Counted from the first letter of the stretch, positions 48,090 through 58,208 are shown. The stretch: 64,000 nucleotides of DNA from Pseudomonadota bacterium (GCA_039799905.1 JBDLRP010000034.1:76802-140801), one strand, 5' to 3'. Translations and numbers: made by a program. The notes: generated from the sequence alone by a model not told the origin.

Positions 48090-49186
48090 AGCCAGTCTGA
48101 ACGGCTCTGGCTCCACCCGCTCTCGTTCACCAAAAACTCAAATGCCCGCAGCAGTGTGAGTACTCTGCGCACTCCCATATGTGTGCCGCGCAGGCCTTCT
48201 TTGCCGCTGAGATCACAGTATTCGGAGATATGCACGGGCACTGGTTGAGTGCACTCGTGCTGAATAAGAAGACTGATTTCTCCGTCTGCCTGATCTGCTG
48301 CAATGCCGTTCGTCCATTCACGGAAGCCATTATGCATACGGATGCGCATCCGCTCTGGGCTTGCCGTTTTTTTGTAGAGAACAATGCTGCACGGAACTAA
48401 AACATCGGATTCGAGCAGCGGCAGGAGTCGCCACGCAATCTCAGGAGTTTTTTCAAGCTCCAGACCTGCTTGCGAAACGGGGCGCCACTGTACGGCCGAG
48501 CGTTGGCCGCAGAGAAGCCGATACCAAAGAAGGTCGACAGTTGAGACGTAGGACAGCGTGCGCCACCAGGCGATCTCTTGATTCGCAGGTGAGTCGTCGG
48601 ACAGCGCCGCAGGCCGGAGTGCCTCGCCTTCGCTGTCGAGGATTTCGCACATCGCAGCTGCGGGCGGTAACCCGGCAAGCTGGCAGAGTTCCATAACCGC
48701 TTCGGTGTGTCCGGTTCGGGCCAGCAGTCCACCATCCTGCGCACGCACGGGAAAGACGTGACCGGGGCTGATGAAATCGTGGTGTGTCGTGGTGGCCTCG
48801 GCCAACAATTGAATCGTGTGGGCACGGTCACCCGCGGAAATTCCGCTGGTGATGTTGTTGCGGGCGTCAATCGACAGCGTGAATCCCGTATGCGCCATTC
48901 CACCCGGCCATTTTGGGGCTGAGGCAATTCCCAACCGGTCGGCAAGTTCGTGAGCGACTGAGACACACAGCAGACCGCAGGCCTTGCGGATGGCCAAATT
49001 AACCAGTTCAGGTGTTGCATATGAAGCATGAAACACGAGGTCCGCTTCGTTTTCGCGCCTGCCGTCGTCGCCGACGAGGATTGCCTGCCCCTGAGAAAAG
49101 GCCTGAACTGCTCGGTTAACCCTATTTCTCATGGCTCCCAGCTCGCGGGAGTGGCTGTTGGCTGTAGCCCTCATGTCTGCCCTCAT
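48026..49186 (-). CDS. ribB: 3,4-dihydroxy-2-butanone 4-phosphate synthase fused to a degenerate C-terminal domain
   Basis: DDGRRENEADL, GLLC, FTLSIDA, SGISAGDRAHT, PGHVFP, RTGHTEA, CEI; the C-terminal half lacks GTP cyclohydrolase II Zn ligands. Confidence 0.88.
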   Translation of the reverse strand: MRADMRATANSHSRELGAMRNRVNRAVQAFSQGQAILVGDDGRRENEADLVFHASYATPELVNLAIRKACGLLCVSVAHELADRLGIASAPKWPGGMAHTGFTLSIDARNNITSGISAGDRAHTIQLLAEATTTHHDFISPGHVFPVRAQDGGLLARTGHTEAVMELCQLAGLPPAAAMCEILDSEGEALRPAALSDDSPANQEIAWWRTLSYVSTVDLLWYRLLCGQRSAVQWRPVSQAGLELEKTPEIAWRLLPLLESDVLVPCSIVLYKKTASPERMRIRMHNGFREWTNGIAADQADGEISLLIQHECTQPVPVHISEYCDLSGKEGLRGTHMGVRRVLTLLRAFEFLVNESGWSQSRSDWLQNVALPVAADRDVLSAIWEL

Positions 49187-49333
49187 CTTTCTCTTTTGTC
49201 CCGAAATGACACGGACTTTTTAAATGGTCAACAGCAAGGCCTTAAGCCCGCACGAAGAACCTCCGAGACACCCTGTCGTGCTTGCGGCAGGTGCCGCAAA
49301 GCCCTGAAACGCTGACTCCGGATTGGGAATATT

Positions 49334-51373
49334 ATGGAACGTCAAAAAACGAAATGGCGTTTTCAGAATATCGCACTGCTCGGCATAACGGCAGGTGTGT
49401 GCGGTGCTTGGCCGGAGCTTTTGCGGGCCGAGTTGGTGGATCGTCCGGTTGAGCCGGAGGATACGCCCGCTCTCAGCCTGTCAGCACGTTCTGCGTCTGG
49501 TCTCTCCGGCGGACCGACTCCACCGGGCCTGAAGGGCTCATTCGATGACTTCAAGATGCCCAGCGAAGAACGGTTCTGGGAATTGCATGGAGTGAAGTTG
49601 ACCCCCGAGCTGCAGCGAGGTGTCCAGCGGCTCTCTGAACACCTGATTGGTACCTCACGAGAAAAGACGGCTGCGTACAAATATTGTGAACAACGCAAGG
49701 AAACTGCCGCCAAACAGCCGCGCCTGATCATGACGGCCGATGGTATCGGCTGCCTTTATTACCGTTGGCAGGCTCTCTTGCGGGATCAGCGGAAGGCGGA
49801 TGCACAGCAGCTGGGGCAATCCCGACCCGCGGCGGTTCAAAAGACAAAAAAACCGAAGGGCAAAGGCAAGAAGGCAGTGTCGCATGTGGTTGCATTGAAT
49901 TCCGCCCGCGATTTTCTGGCATTTGCAAATGTTCCCTACGACTCCATCTTGAAAAAGATAGAGTTCAAGAGCGAAGAGGCCGCGCTGCGCGCAGCGCGGT
50001 TGGCACAGGAATCTCCCAAAGACTGCCGTCTCGTCGCCGCGCGTGCTGCGGTGCTGCGGGATATGGAAAACTTTCTTCCCAGCGAAGCGATCTGGCAGTC
50101 GATGAATGCACTCTATGCAGTGACTTCGCCGTGTCTTCCACCGACGCACGAAGCCTTTGAAGTAGTCAATGGCCGTCTTGCGCTGCTGCATCTCGACCGC
50201 AACCTGATCGACAGGGCTGCATCGTTGCTCGAGGTAACCTTGCAGGGGCGTCAGCTCAAAGATGAAAATTCGTACCTATTCTGGCGTGGATACATTGATT
50301 CCCTGCAGGTTCGCTCATTGCCGGCGCCTGCGGGAGCCCCAACTGCGATTGTTTCCGAGATCAAACCTCACAATACGTATTGGGATCGCCTCATCGAGCG
50401 TTATCCGCTGTCACTTCACGCACTGGTCGCGGATCATATGCTTGGCAACGATCCCTACGAGCGATACATCCACCGCCCGCAACCAACCGTGAGCGCCTAC
50501 GAGGGGCAGGATTGGAATCTTGAGAATGTTTCACATTTGATGGCCGGTATTTATCTTGTTAAAAATAAAAAGATCGAACTCGAGAGAATTTCCCGCCTGC
50601 TCGACGAAGATGTCGGAGTGTTGTCATTTGAGACTGCCATGTTTCGCTTGAAAGTTTTTCAGGCCGCAGGTCAGTCGCGATCGGTAATTAAGGTGATTTG
50701 GCAGAGTGTGAAGACTTTTGGTTCGCAGAATCTCTGCGGCAATATTCTCGCGCTGCTTTATCCGGTCAAGTTTAGAAGTGAAATCGCCCAGCAGGCTTCT
50801 TACATTGATCCTGCACTTATATTTTCGCTCATCAGGCAAGAAAGCTCGTTCAATCCGAAGGCGACGAGTCCGGTCGGGGCACGCGGGCTCATGCAGGTGA
50901 TGCCCAACACAGCACGCAGGGTTGAGCGCAATCGCAACATGGATCTCTACGATCCCGACACCAACATCCGCATCGGCGCGAAGTATTTATCTATCTTGCG
51001 AAAGCAGCACAATGGCGATTATTCCCGTCTGATTGCCTCCTACAACGCCGGTCCGAACAACACCAAAAAGTGGGAAACGCGCTACCGAGGTAAAGTTCCC
51101 CTGCTGTTCGCCGACCTCATACCCTTCCCAGAGACGCGACACTACGTCACCGGTCTCATGAGGCACATGTATTGGTACCGGGAATTGGTCTCGCATCTGC
51201 GCGAAGGCTCAGGAAATACGCGAATGACGTGGTCGTGGTCGCTTGCAGATGTCATTCCGCGTCCACAACAGTTCGGATTGCCTGCCGACAAGTTACTCCA
51301 AGTCAAGCTCGAACCCCTGCCATGGTTGACCCTGCAGCAGGGACAATCTTCGGCCGATTCCAAGCGCCCCTGA
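49334..51373 (+). CDS. Soluble lytic transglycosylase (SLT domain)
   Basis: LIRQESSFNP, SPVGARGLMQVMP, NIRIGAKYL, ASYNAGP, ETRHYV; long helical N-terminal region. Confidence 0.93.
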   Translation: MERQKTKWRFQNIALLGITAGVCGAWPELLRAELVDRPVEPEDTPALSLSARSASGLSGGPTPPGLKGSFDDFKMPSEERFWELHGVKLTPELQRGVQRLSEHLIGTSREKTAAYKYCEQRKETAAKQPRLIMTADGIGCLYYRWQALLRDQRKADAQQLGQSRPAAVQKTKKPKGKGKKAVSHVVALNSARDFLAFANVPYDSILKKIEFKSEEAALRAARLAQESPKDCRLVAARAAVLRDMENFLPSEAIWQSMNALYAVTSPCLPPTHEAFEVVNGRLALLHLDRNLIDRAASLLEVTLQGRQLKDENSYLFWRGYIDSLQVRSLPAPAGAPTAIVSEIKPHNTYWDRLIERYPLSLHALVADHMLGNDPYERYIHRPQPTVSAYEGQDWNLENVSHLMAGIYLVKNKKIELERISRLLDEDVGVLSFETAMFRLKVFQAAGQSRSVIKVIWQSVKTFGSQNLCGNILALLYPVKFRSEIAQQASYIDPALIFSLIRQESSFNPKATSPVGARGLMQVMPNTARRVERNRNMDLYDPDTNIRIGAKYLSILRKQHNGDYSRLIASYNAGPNNTKKWETRYRGKVPLLFADLIPFPETRHYVTGLMRHMYWYRELVSHLREGSGNTRMTWSWSLADVIPRPQQFGLPADKLLQVKLEPLPWLTLQQGQSSADSKRP

Positions 51374-51390
51374 AACCGCCATGAAACAAG

Positions 51391-52131
51391 TCAGCGTTGT
51401 TGCGAAACTGCGCTCTGTGGCGGGTTAATAGGGTCCCACGTGGGAAGAATAAAGACCCATTCAGACTTCGCGGTCTTTGACGCGTCCAGCATGCGGGCGA
51501 GGCAGACGCGCTGGTTCAATTCCAGTGGCACAGATTCATTCATCACATAAGAGACTGCAGAGTATCCGAGCAGCACTCCCTCGTAGGTGATTTCAAAATT
51601 GTTGTTTTTTTGCATGCATTTCACAAATCCGTTGTTGGATGGCGGAAAAAGCGATTCACCGTTGGCACCCGACAGCAGCACGCGAACTTCCGAACCTCTG
51701 ACGAATGCGTCGCGTCCACCCAGATTGAGGTTACTTGTTCCGGTGGGGTGCAGTTCCAGTCTGCACATTCCGGATTGTGCACTCCCTTTGACAACGAAGG
51801 GACGCGCGTAGTTAGACCAGCTGCCATCGAGCCACAGAACAGTTCCGTCGGCCATCGTCAGCTGTCGCGGCGGAAGACTCGCGCACGGGATGAGGTCTTC
51901 ACGGCTGAGGACAAGTGAAGCTGCCGCCAGTTGCGCAATTTGTTGTTGATTGATGGTCTTTTTTTGCGGGATTTTGCTGTCCGTTGAAGATGAGGTTGGT
52001 TTTTGCGTTGCCAAAGCACGATAAGAATCGAGCCGCGCCTTGTGCTGTTGACCGCATGATGCGAGCAGCTGCAGCAAAGTCAGCGAGGTTCCTAAGGTAA
52101 CAATGGAAAGAGCTCTCAGCGTTTTCAACAT
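51391..52131 (-). CDS. Hypothetical lipoprotein
   Basis: SD ggagga; lipobox LASC; four further Cys. Confidence 0.72.
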   Translation of the reverse strand: MLKTLRALSIVTLGTSLTLLQLLASCGQQHKARLDSYRALATQKPTSSSTDSKIPQKKTINQQQIAQLAAASLVLSREDLIPCASLPPRQLTMADGTVLWLDGSWSNYARPFVVKGSAQSGMCRLELHPTGTSNLNLGGRDAFVRGSEVRVLLSGANGESLFPPSNNGFVKCMQKNNNFEITYEGVLLGYSAVSYVMNESVPLELNQRVCLARMLDASKTAKSEWVFILPTWDPINPPQSAVSQQR

Positions 52132-52181
52132 ATCCTCCGCTTCGTAGGGTTATCGGCGGAGTTGCGCTTCGTTTAATGGTG

Positions 52182-53645
52182 TCAAAGCTCCGAGCGTGCT
52201 TGCCACTGCGAGAAGAGTTCTTCACAGCGGTCTGCAAGCAACGAGCGTTTGAGCCCTTTGTCGAGTTTTTTGTTTGCTTTTAAAGATTTAATTTCAGGAT
52301 AGATATCAGTTTTATCTGAGATGTATTCAGCTCTTAGTTCGCTAAAAAGCCCCCAGTGGATATTCATCGGGCAATAGTGCGCCGGATCGCTGAGGCTGAG
52401 ATGAGCAATGAGACATCCATAGGCTGTGTCAGTGGGAGGGAGTGCAAAAGCCTCATTGCGACTGCAGCGGCGGCCAACGATATGCCCAATCAAGAGTCCG
52501 GTCGCAGCGCTCTCAACGTAACCCTCAACACCCGAGATTTGTCCGGCAAGCCAGATACGTGAATCGCATTTGAGCGACAAATCAGCTTGGTTAATGAGTC
52601 GAGGTGCAATCAGATAGGTGTTCCGGTGCATGCTTCCCATGCGGTGAAATTCCGCATTTGCCAAGGCAGGAATCATCCGGAAAATGCGTTTTTGCTCGGG
52701 CCACTTGAGACGGGTCTGGAATCCGACCATGTTGAACGAAGCTTCACCGAGTTTTTCGCGGCGCAGCTGCACTGCCGCAAATGGTCGCCTGCCTGTGCGC
52801 GGATCTTCAAGTCCCATAGGCTTCATCGGGCCGAAGGCGAGGGTCATCGGGCCGCTTTCTGCGAGCACCTCGATGGGCTGGCAGCCATTGAAAAAACGCG
52901 GTTCCTCAAAGTCGTGGAAAGGCACTTTTTCGCCTGCTTTGACCGCTTCGACGAAGGCAAAATACTCTTCCTTGTTGAGCGGAAGGTTTAGGTAGTGACC
53001 GACCGCTGCTGCTTGTTCATTGTCTGCGTCTGTAGGCCCTTCCTGAAGTTCCTTAAGCGCAGCGTCGCGTCGTGCTGTTTTACTTTTTCGGTTTGCAAAA
53101 AATGCCAGCGACTGATCGATGCTGTCACCATCGATGATAGGAGCAATGGCATCGTAAAAATAAAGGCTGCTGCTGCCCGTTTTTGCACGCAGATCATCTG
53201 CAAGTGCATCGCCCGTGAGCGGCCCGGTGGCGATAATAATTTTATCAACACCATAACCGAATATTTCCTCGATTGAGCGAACCTGTGTCTCAACCACTTT
53301 GATTTTGGGATGTGTGCGCAACGTCCGGGTAATGATACCAGAAAAAAGCTCGCGGTCGACAGCAAGTGCCTCACCTGCGGGAACTTCACTCTGCGAGGCT
53401 GCAACCATGGTGAGACTGCCCAGTGCACGCATTTCGCTTTTCAGGAGTCCCGCAGGATTGAGCCTGCTTTTGCTCTTGAGGCTGTTGGAACAAACGAGTT
53501 CGGCAAAGTGATGTGGTTCAGACTGCGCAGGAGTAGGGGTTTGCCCCTTCATTTCAAAAAGAACAACTTCAAGCTGATAGGTATTGGCGAGAGTCCAGGC
53601 GGCTTCTGAACCTGCCAGACCTGCGCCGACGACTGCAATTTTCAT
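52182..53645 (-). CDS. trmFO: FAD/folate-dependent tRNA (uracil-54-C5)-methyltransferase TrmFO
   Basis: VVGAGLAGSEAAW, AELVCSNSL, ALAVDR, ATGPLT, FYDAIAP, GCQPIE, FGPMKP.GL, VGFQTRLKW.EQ, HRNTY, GQISGVEGY.ESAA.G. Confidence 0.97.
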   Translation of the reverse strand: MKIAVVGAGLAGSEAAWTLANTYQLEVVLFEMKGQTPTPAQSEPHHFAELVCSNSLKSKSRLNPAGLLKSEMRALGSLTMVAASQSEVPAGEALAVDRELFSGIITRTLRTHPKIKVVETQVRSIEEIFGYGVDKIIIATGPLTGDALADDLRAKTGSSSLYFYDAIAPIIDGDSIDQSLAFFANRKSKTARRDAALKELQEGPTDADNEQAAAVGHYLNLPLNKEEYFAFVEAVKAGEKVPFHDFEEPRFFNGCQPIEVLAESGPMTLAFGPMKPMGLEDPRTGRRPFAAVQLRREKLGEASFNMVGFQTRLKWPEQKRIFRMIPALANAEFHRMGSMHRNTYLIAPRLINQADLSLKCDSRIWLAGQISGVEGYVESAATGLLIGHIVGRRCSRNEAFALPPTDTAYGCLIAHLSLSDPAHYCPMNIHWGLFSELRAEYISDKTDIYPEIKSLKANKKLDKGLKRSLLADRCEELFSQWQARSEL

Positions 53646-53721
53646 CTGTTCTGACCTCCCGTGTCTCTACCATCTACGGCGAGGCTTCTGACACACAGGC
53701 CGGGCTTTGTCATGCGAAAGC

Positions 53722-53749
53722 AAAAAAAGCCGCGCGGCAACGCGGCTTT
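53722..53749 (-). terminator. Rho-independent terminator after the SH3 lipoprotein gene
   Basis: aaagccgcg/cgcggcttt hairpin with an A7 tract on + (T7 on -). Confidence 0.75.
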
Positions 53750-53791
53750 GTCCTGTCCACAAAGGGGACCGATGTGGGTCGGAATCAGGCC

Positions 53792-54649
53792 TCAGGGACA
53801 GTCAAGATTTGCGGTTTCGACGTAGCACATCAACTCGGGCGACCAGCGCATCAATGCCGGACGGTGCATAAAGAAGGGCCCCCATGCAATACGCAGAGTC
53901 TCAGGCTTCGAATAGCAGGCGACTTGACCCGTTGTGACAAGTGTCAGGTCGTCGTCCACAACCGGCATACCGTTGTAAACGCGATCGGGGACTTTCAGCC
54001 AGCAGTTCTGATTGCTCTTGTTGACCTTGCAGGCCACGGTGTCTTTAAATTTGCTGCAGTCGCGCGTTGGTCCGGTTGACCCTGCAGGCGGTCTTGCCGG
54101 ATTCGCTCCTCCGCCGCGGGTTGCGAGGAACTGCCTGTTCATGTAGCCGACTTTGCCTTTGTAACGCACCTTTGCCCAATCTGGTCCTGAGTTCGCAAGG
54201 CTGCAAACTTCATCGCCTTCGTTGGCGCCATCGACAACCGCTGCAGTTGTGTTGGGCTGTTCGCGCAGCTTAAGGCCGCTTGTCGTGCCGGTGACGTACA
54301 TCGGCACGCACTCACCGCCACCACCGTTTGCCACGCTGTTGTTGAGCTCGTTGTAAAGCTCCATAGGCCATGAGGAGGCAATACAGATGGAGGGGTCACC
54401 TTTTTCGTATTTCGCTTTGCAGGCGTCGATGAGCGCCTGTGGAAAGCCGCCTTGTGGTGCGCATTTGGTTTTGACTTCATCACACAGCGCAGTTGCGGGC
54501 GCAGCCGCTGGAGATTGAAAGGGCGCCGGTGCCACAGGAGCGGGCTCATCGACCTCTTCAATAGGCTGGCAGGCGTTGAGTGACGCGGCTAGCCAAATAG
54601 TGGTGGAGGCGGTTCCCAACAACGAAACAATCTTCATCCGACGAGCCAT
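53792..54649 (-). CDS. Lipoprotein with bacterial SH3 domain flanked by Cys-rich domains
   Basis: SD aaggagg; lipobox LNAC; SH3b-like GLKLREQPNT...GDEV...DWAKVRYKGKVGYMNRQFL. Confidence 0.85.
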   Translation of the reverse strand: MARRMKIVSLLGTASTTIWLAASLNACQPIEEVDEPAPVAPAPFQSPAAAPATALCDEVKTKCAPQGGFPQALIDACKAKYEKGDPSICIASSWPMELYNELNNSVANGGGGECVPMYVTGTTSGLKLREQPNTTAAVVDGANEGDEVCSLANSGPDWAKVRYKGKVGYMNRQFLATRGGGANPARPPAGSTGPTRDCSKFKDTVACKVNKSNQNCWLKVPDRVYNGMPVVDDDLTLVTTGQVACYSKPETLRIAWGPFFMHRPALMRWSPELMCYVETANLDCP

Positions 54650-54973
54650 GGCTCAGTCCTCCTTGGACAGCAGTTCTCAGTCGGGTTATCGGAGGAGACT
54701 TTTCAGGCTTGAGCGGAAGATTCAGATGTGGCGGAGAATTGACAAAAAAAAAGTACCACATCGTGACGAGGTGGTACGCAAGGAAGAACAGACCATGTCC
54801 GACAACGTAATCTTTCGATCACCTTGCCCTTTGGGCATGCGGAAATCTGTTCCGCCGGCCGCTGCGGGTCAAGCCTGCGGAGTCACTCGCCTTCAATTTC
54901 ACAATTGGATGTTTTAATGCACTTGGTACAGGGTAAGTGTGTGTTAGGCTGAAAGGGTTGCAAGGAGATATTT

Positions 54974-56104
54974 GTGGAACAGCGTCCCTACGTAGTTGTG
55001 ACTGGTGCGCATGGATTTATCGGAAACCACATCCTCGAGAGGATGCTCACTGCCGACCTCGATGAACTTAAAAGGGGCGGTTTGCCGGCGGGAGCGGATG
55101 CCGACAAACCTCGGACTGCACAAGTGCGCTTCTCACAGCTATCACCTTTGCCTGTGACAACACCTGATGTCTGGGCTGTGGATCTTCCGGAAAGCTCCCA
55201 GCGTCCGACGGCGCACCGGTTTGCGCAATCCAGCCGCGTGCGCATTGTTTTCTTCAAAGAGCTCATCAAAGAGCTGCGCGCGGCAAAGCATCCGCCGCTT
55301 GCGGTCATCCACAATGGCGCCTGCTCCTCGACCGTTGAAACCAATCCTGCAGTTTTTGCCGAGCTGAACGTCGGTTCCTCTCAGGAACTTTGGAATTATT
55401 GCAGCGAGATGAATATTCCATTTATTTATGCCTCCAGCGCGGCTGTCTATGGCGACGGCCAGCGTGGTTTTTCAGATAGGCCCGATGCATCGGGTTCTTT
55501 TGCTCCGCTCAATCTCTATGGAAAAAGCAAACTTGATTTCGATCTGTGGGCGCTCGAGCAGAGTAAGTCGCCGTCGTTCTGGTTTGGATTGCGTTACTTT
55601 AACGTCTACGGACCGTTCGAAAACCACAAGGCCGGACAGGCTTCGATGGTTTATCACGGGTACCGGCAGGCCACACGCACAGGAACTATCAAACTGTTTA
55701 AAAGCAACACCACACAATATGCGGATGGCGATCAGGTCCGCGATTTCGTTTACGTCAAGGATATTGTCCGTGTGACAATGCACTTACTCGGCATCGCCCT
55801 GAGCGGCCGCGTTCCGCAGTCCGCCCAATCGTGTTTCACGTCAGCAGGACGCGGTTGTTTTTTGAACGTCGGAACCGGAGTCACACGCAGCTGGAACGAT
55901 CTTGCCGCGGCCGTTTTTGATGCAATCGCAGTCGCAAAAAAAATCGAATATATTCCAATACCAGATAACATCGCGGCCCAGTATCAGAACTACACGTGTG
56001 CCGATCTCACAACGCTAAGGGCGTTGGCATACGAGTCGCAGTTCACAACGCTCGACGCAGGTGTGCGCGAGTATGTGCAACGTTTTTTGATGCGCGGTCT
56101 TTGA
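54974..56104 (+). CDS. hldD: ADP-L-glycero-D-manno-heptose 6-epimerase
   Basis: VTGAHGFIG, HNGACSST, YASSAAVYG, PLNLYGKSK, LRYFNVYGP.E.HK...AS, RDFVYVKD, YQNYTCAD. Confidence 0.92.
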   Translation: MEQRPYVVVTGAHGFIGNHILERMLTADLDELKRGGLPAGADADKPRTAQVRFSQLSPLPVTTPDVWAVDLPESSQRPTAHRFAQSSRVRIVFFKELIKELRAAKHPPLAVIHNGACSSTVETNPAVFAELNVGSSQELWNYCSEMNIPFIYASSAAVYGDGQRGFSDRPDASGSFAPLNLYGKSKLDFDLWALEQSKSPSFWFGLRYFNVYGPFENHKAGQASMVYHGYRQATRTGTIKLFKSNTTQYADGDQVRDFVYVKDIVRVTMHLLGIALSGRVPQSAQSCFTSAGRGCFLNVGTGVTRSWNDLAAAVFDAIAVAKKIEYIPIPDNIAAQYQNYTCADLTTLRALAYESQFTTLDAGVREYVQRFLMRGL

Positions 56105-56117
56105 GGAGCACAGGCAC

Positions 56118-58208
56118 ATGGATGCTGCTACGGAAATGACAAGGAAAGTCTATTGGTCCCCGCATGGTGGTGAGATTGGCGCCATTCTTCAACAAACAAC
56201 ATATCTGTGGCTGGTGATTGCATTGGCTGTCATGGGTTACGGAGTTTGGCGGCGGGTACAGATCTGGCGAATCGGTAAGCCCGAAGCTGCATTCGACAAA
56301 CCTGTTGAGCGCGTTTTGCGCATGCTCAAAGGCACACTCGGGCAGGCGAAGGTTCTTCGCGCGCGTCGCATGCGTGACCCCAAGCCCAAGTCCTACTATG
56401 CGGCATGGATGCACGGACTCATCTTCTACGGGTTCATGGCGCTGGTTTTTGCAACGACGATTGTTGCGCTCAAAGAGTATGGCATCGTCGACCTCTATTA
56501 CGGTTCATTTTACGCGTTCGTTGTTTTTATTTCCGAGCTGGGCGGTCTTGCTCTCACTGTGGGTCTTGGAATGGGAGTCTTCCGTCGCTCAACGCGCAAA
56601 GACGAATTCAAACATGCGTGGGATTACTCAGTTCTTTATGCTCTGTTGTTCGTCCTCTGCGTTCAAGGTTTTGTGCTTGAAGGCTTTCGTCTTGCCATGG
56701 ACACCAACGCGCCGGATGCCGGACTGAGCTTTGTTGGCCAGTGGTTTGCTTATTTGTTTCCGGCCGACATGAGTCCCGAAACAGCGCAAAACACTTACTC
56801 GGGGCTCTGGTATTTTCATATGCTGACCACCATGGGATTCATTGCCGTCATCCCATACACGCGTGCGATGCACATTGTGACCGCCTCGCTCAATTTGTAC
56901 ACCCAGCGCCTCGAGCCCAACGTCATTCTGCCCAAAGTTGATTTTGAAAACGCCGAGGCTGAGTATTTTGGTCAGCGCTCTGTCATGGACTTCACTTGGA
57001 AGGATATGCTCAGTTTCGACAGCTGCACCGAGTGCCGCCGCTGCACGGATATTTGTCCGGCAAACGCGGTAGGCAAAGCACTCGATCCGCGGCAGGTCAT
57101 GCTCAAGCTGCGTGACAGCATGTTGGTTGAAGCACAGCTGCCGCTCGACAAACGCAACGCAGAAGAAAACTATCTCTACGAGTCCGGCCGCATCACAAGC
57201 GAGGAGATTTGGGCCTGCACCAATTGCGGCGGATGTGTGAACGAATGTCCGGTGGGCATCGATCAGCTGCGCGGTATCATGCAGTTGCGCCGCTATCAGA
57301 CTCTGACTCTCGGTGAAATTCCTCCGACAGCCGGCAAGGCGATTGAAAACATCAAGCAACACAAAAATCCGTGGGGTGTTTCGCACTCCGATCGTTTCAA
57401 ATGGGCCGAGGGCCTCAATGTGCCTGTTATCACTGGTGAGTCTCCCGAGGTTGAATACCTTTATTACGTCGGCTGCGCTGGTTCATATGACGCGGGCAAT
57501 CAAAAAGTGGCACGCAGTGTTGTGAAAATTCTTCAAGCCTGCGGTGCTGATTTCGCGGTGCTCGGAAAGGCCGAACAGTGCAACGGTGAACCGGTCAAGC
57601 GATTGGGCGACGAATACAGCTTCTCTGAAATTGCCCGCAGTAATGTCGAACAACTCAATGCACTGAAGTTCAAAAAGATTGTCACCCACTGCCCGCACTG
57701 CTTCAATACGCTGAAAAATGACTTCAAAGAATACGGCGGAAATTATGAAGTCATGCATCACAGTCAGCTGCTCTCGGCATTGCACCGCGACGGAAAATTG
57801 AAGATGCCGGGTGAAGTCCGTAAGAACGTGACCTTCCATGATCCATGTTTCCTTGGCCGTCACAACGGCGAATACGAAGCACCGCGCCAGCTGCTTGAGG
57901 GAATCGCCGGACTCCGGCTGAGTGAGATGGAATACGCCAAATCGCAGTCAAGCTGCTGCGGCATGGGTGGCGGCAACATGTGGTACGAGTCGGAAGGCGG
58001 AGAAAAGCCTGTCGTCATGCAGCGTCTTGAGCATGTTGCGGCGAGCGGCGCACAGACGTTGGTCACCGGATGTTCGTTCTGTATGATCAACTTCAAGGGT
58101 GCGTTTAAGAACCTCAAGGCGACCGAGAATCTTGAGGTTATCGATATTGCCGAAGCTGTAGCCATGGCAATGCCGGAGAATGCGCCAAACCAGACACAGC
58201 AGTCATAA
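56118..58208 (+). CDS. Membrane-bound Fe-S oxidoreductase (FadF/HdrD-like: NarI-like TM + 2x4Fe-4S + 2 CCG domains)
   Basis: TM helices with His; CTECRRCTDICP, CTNCGGCVNECP, GCAGSYD, CPHC, HDPCFLGR, CCGMGGG, CSFC. Confidence 0.92.
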   Translation: MDAATEMTRKVYWSPHGGEIGAILQQTTYLWLVIALAVMGYGVWRRVQIWRIGKPEAAFDKPVERVLRMLKGTLGQAKVLRARRMRDPKPKSYYAAWMHGLIFYGFMALVFATTIVALKEYGIVDLYYGSFYAFVVFISELGGLALTVGLGMGVFRRSTRKDEFKHAWDYSVLYALLFVLCVQGFVLEGFRLAMDTNAPDAGLSFVGQWFAYLFPADMSPETAQNTYSGLWYFHMLTTMGFIAVIPYTRAMHIVTASLNLYTQRLEPNVILPKVDFENAEAEYFGQRSVMDFTWKDMLSFDSCTECRRCTDICPANAVGKALDPRQVMLKLRDSMLVEAQLPLDKRNAEENYLYESGRITSEEIWACTNCGGCVNECPVGIDQLRGIMQLRRYQTLTLGEIPPTAGKAIENIKQHKNPWGVSHSDRFKWAEGLNVPVITGESPEVEYLYYVGCAGSYDAGNQKVARSVVKILQACGADFAVLGKAEQCNGEPVKRLGDEYSFSEIARSNVEQLNALKFKKIVTHCPHCFNTLKNDFKEYGGNYEVMHHSQLLSALHRDGKLKMPGEVRKNVTFHDPCFLGRHNGEYEAPRQLLEGIAGLRLSEMEYAKSQSSCCGMGGGNMWYESEGGEKPVVMQRLEHVAASGAQTLVTGCSFCMINFKGAFKNLKATENLEVIDIAEAVAMAMPENAPNQTQQS

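Noticed and set aside
49187..49333. FMN riboswitch upstream of ribB
   Set aside because: Only short fragments (cagggc, cagggtg) match; the conserved GAAAUUCCCGACCGGCGGU core is absent.
54745..54800. c-di-GMP-I riboswitch or SRP RNA (ggtacgcaaggaag)
   Set aside because: Superficial match only; lacks the GGCAAACC/GNRA P1-P2 layout and the SRP CAGG-GNRA-AGCA loop.
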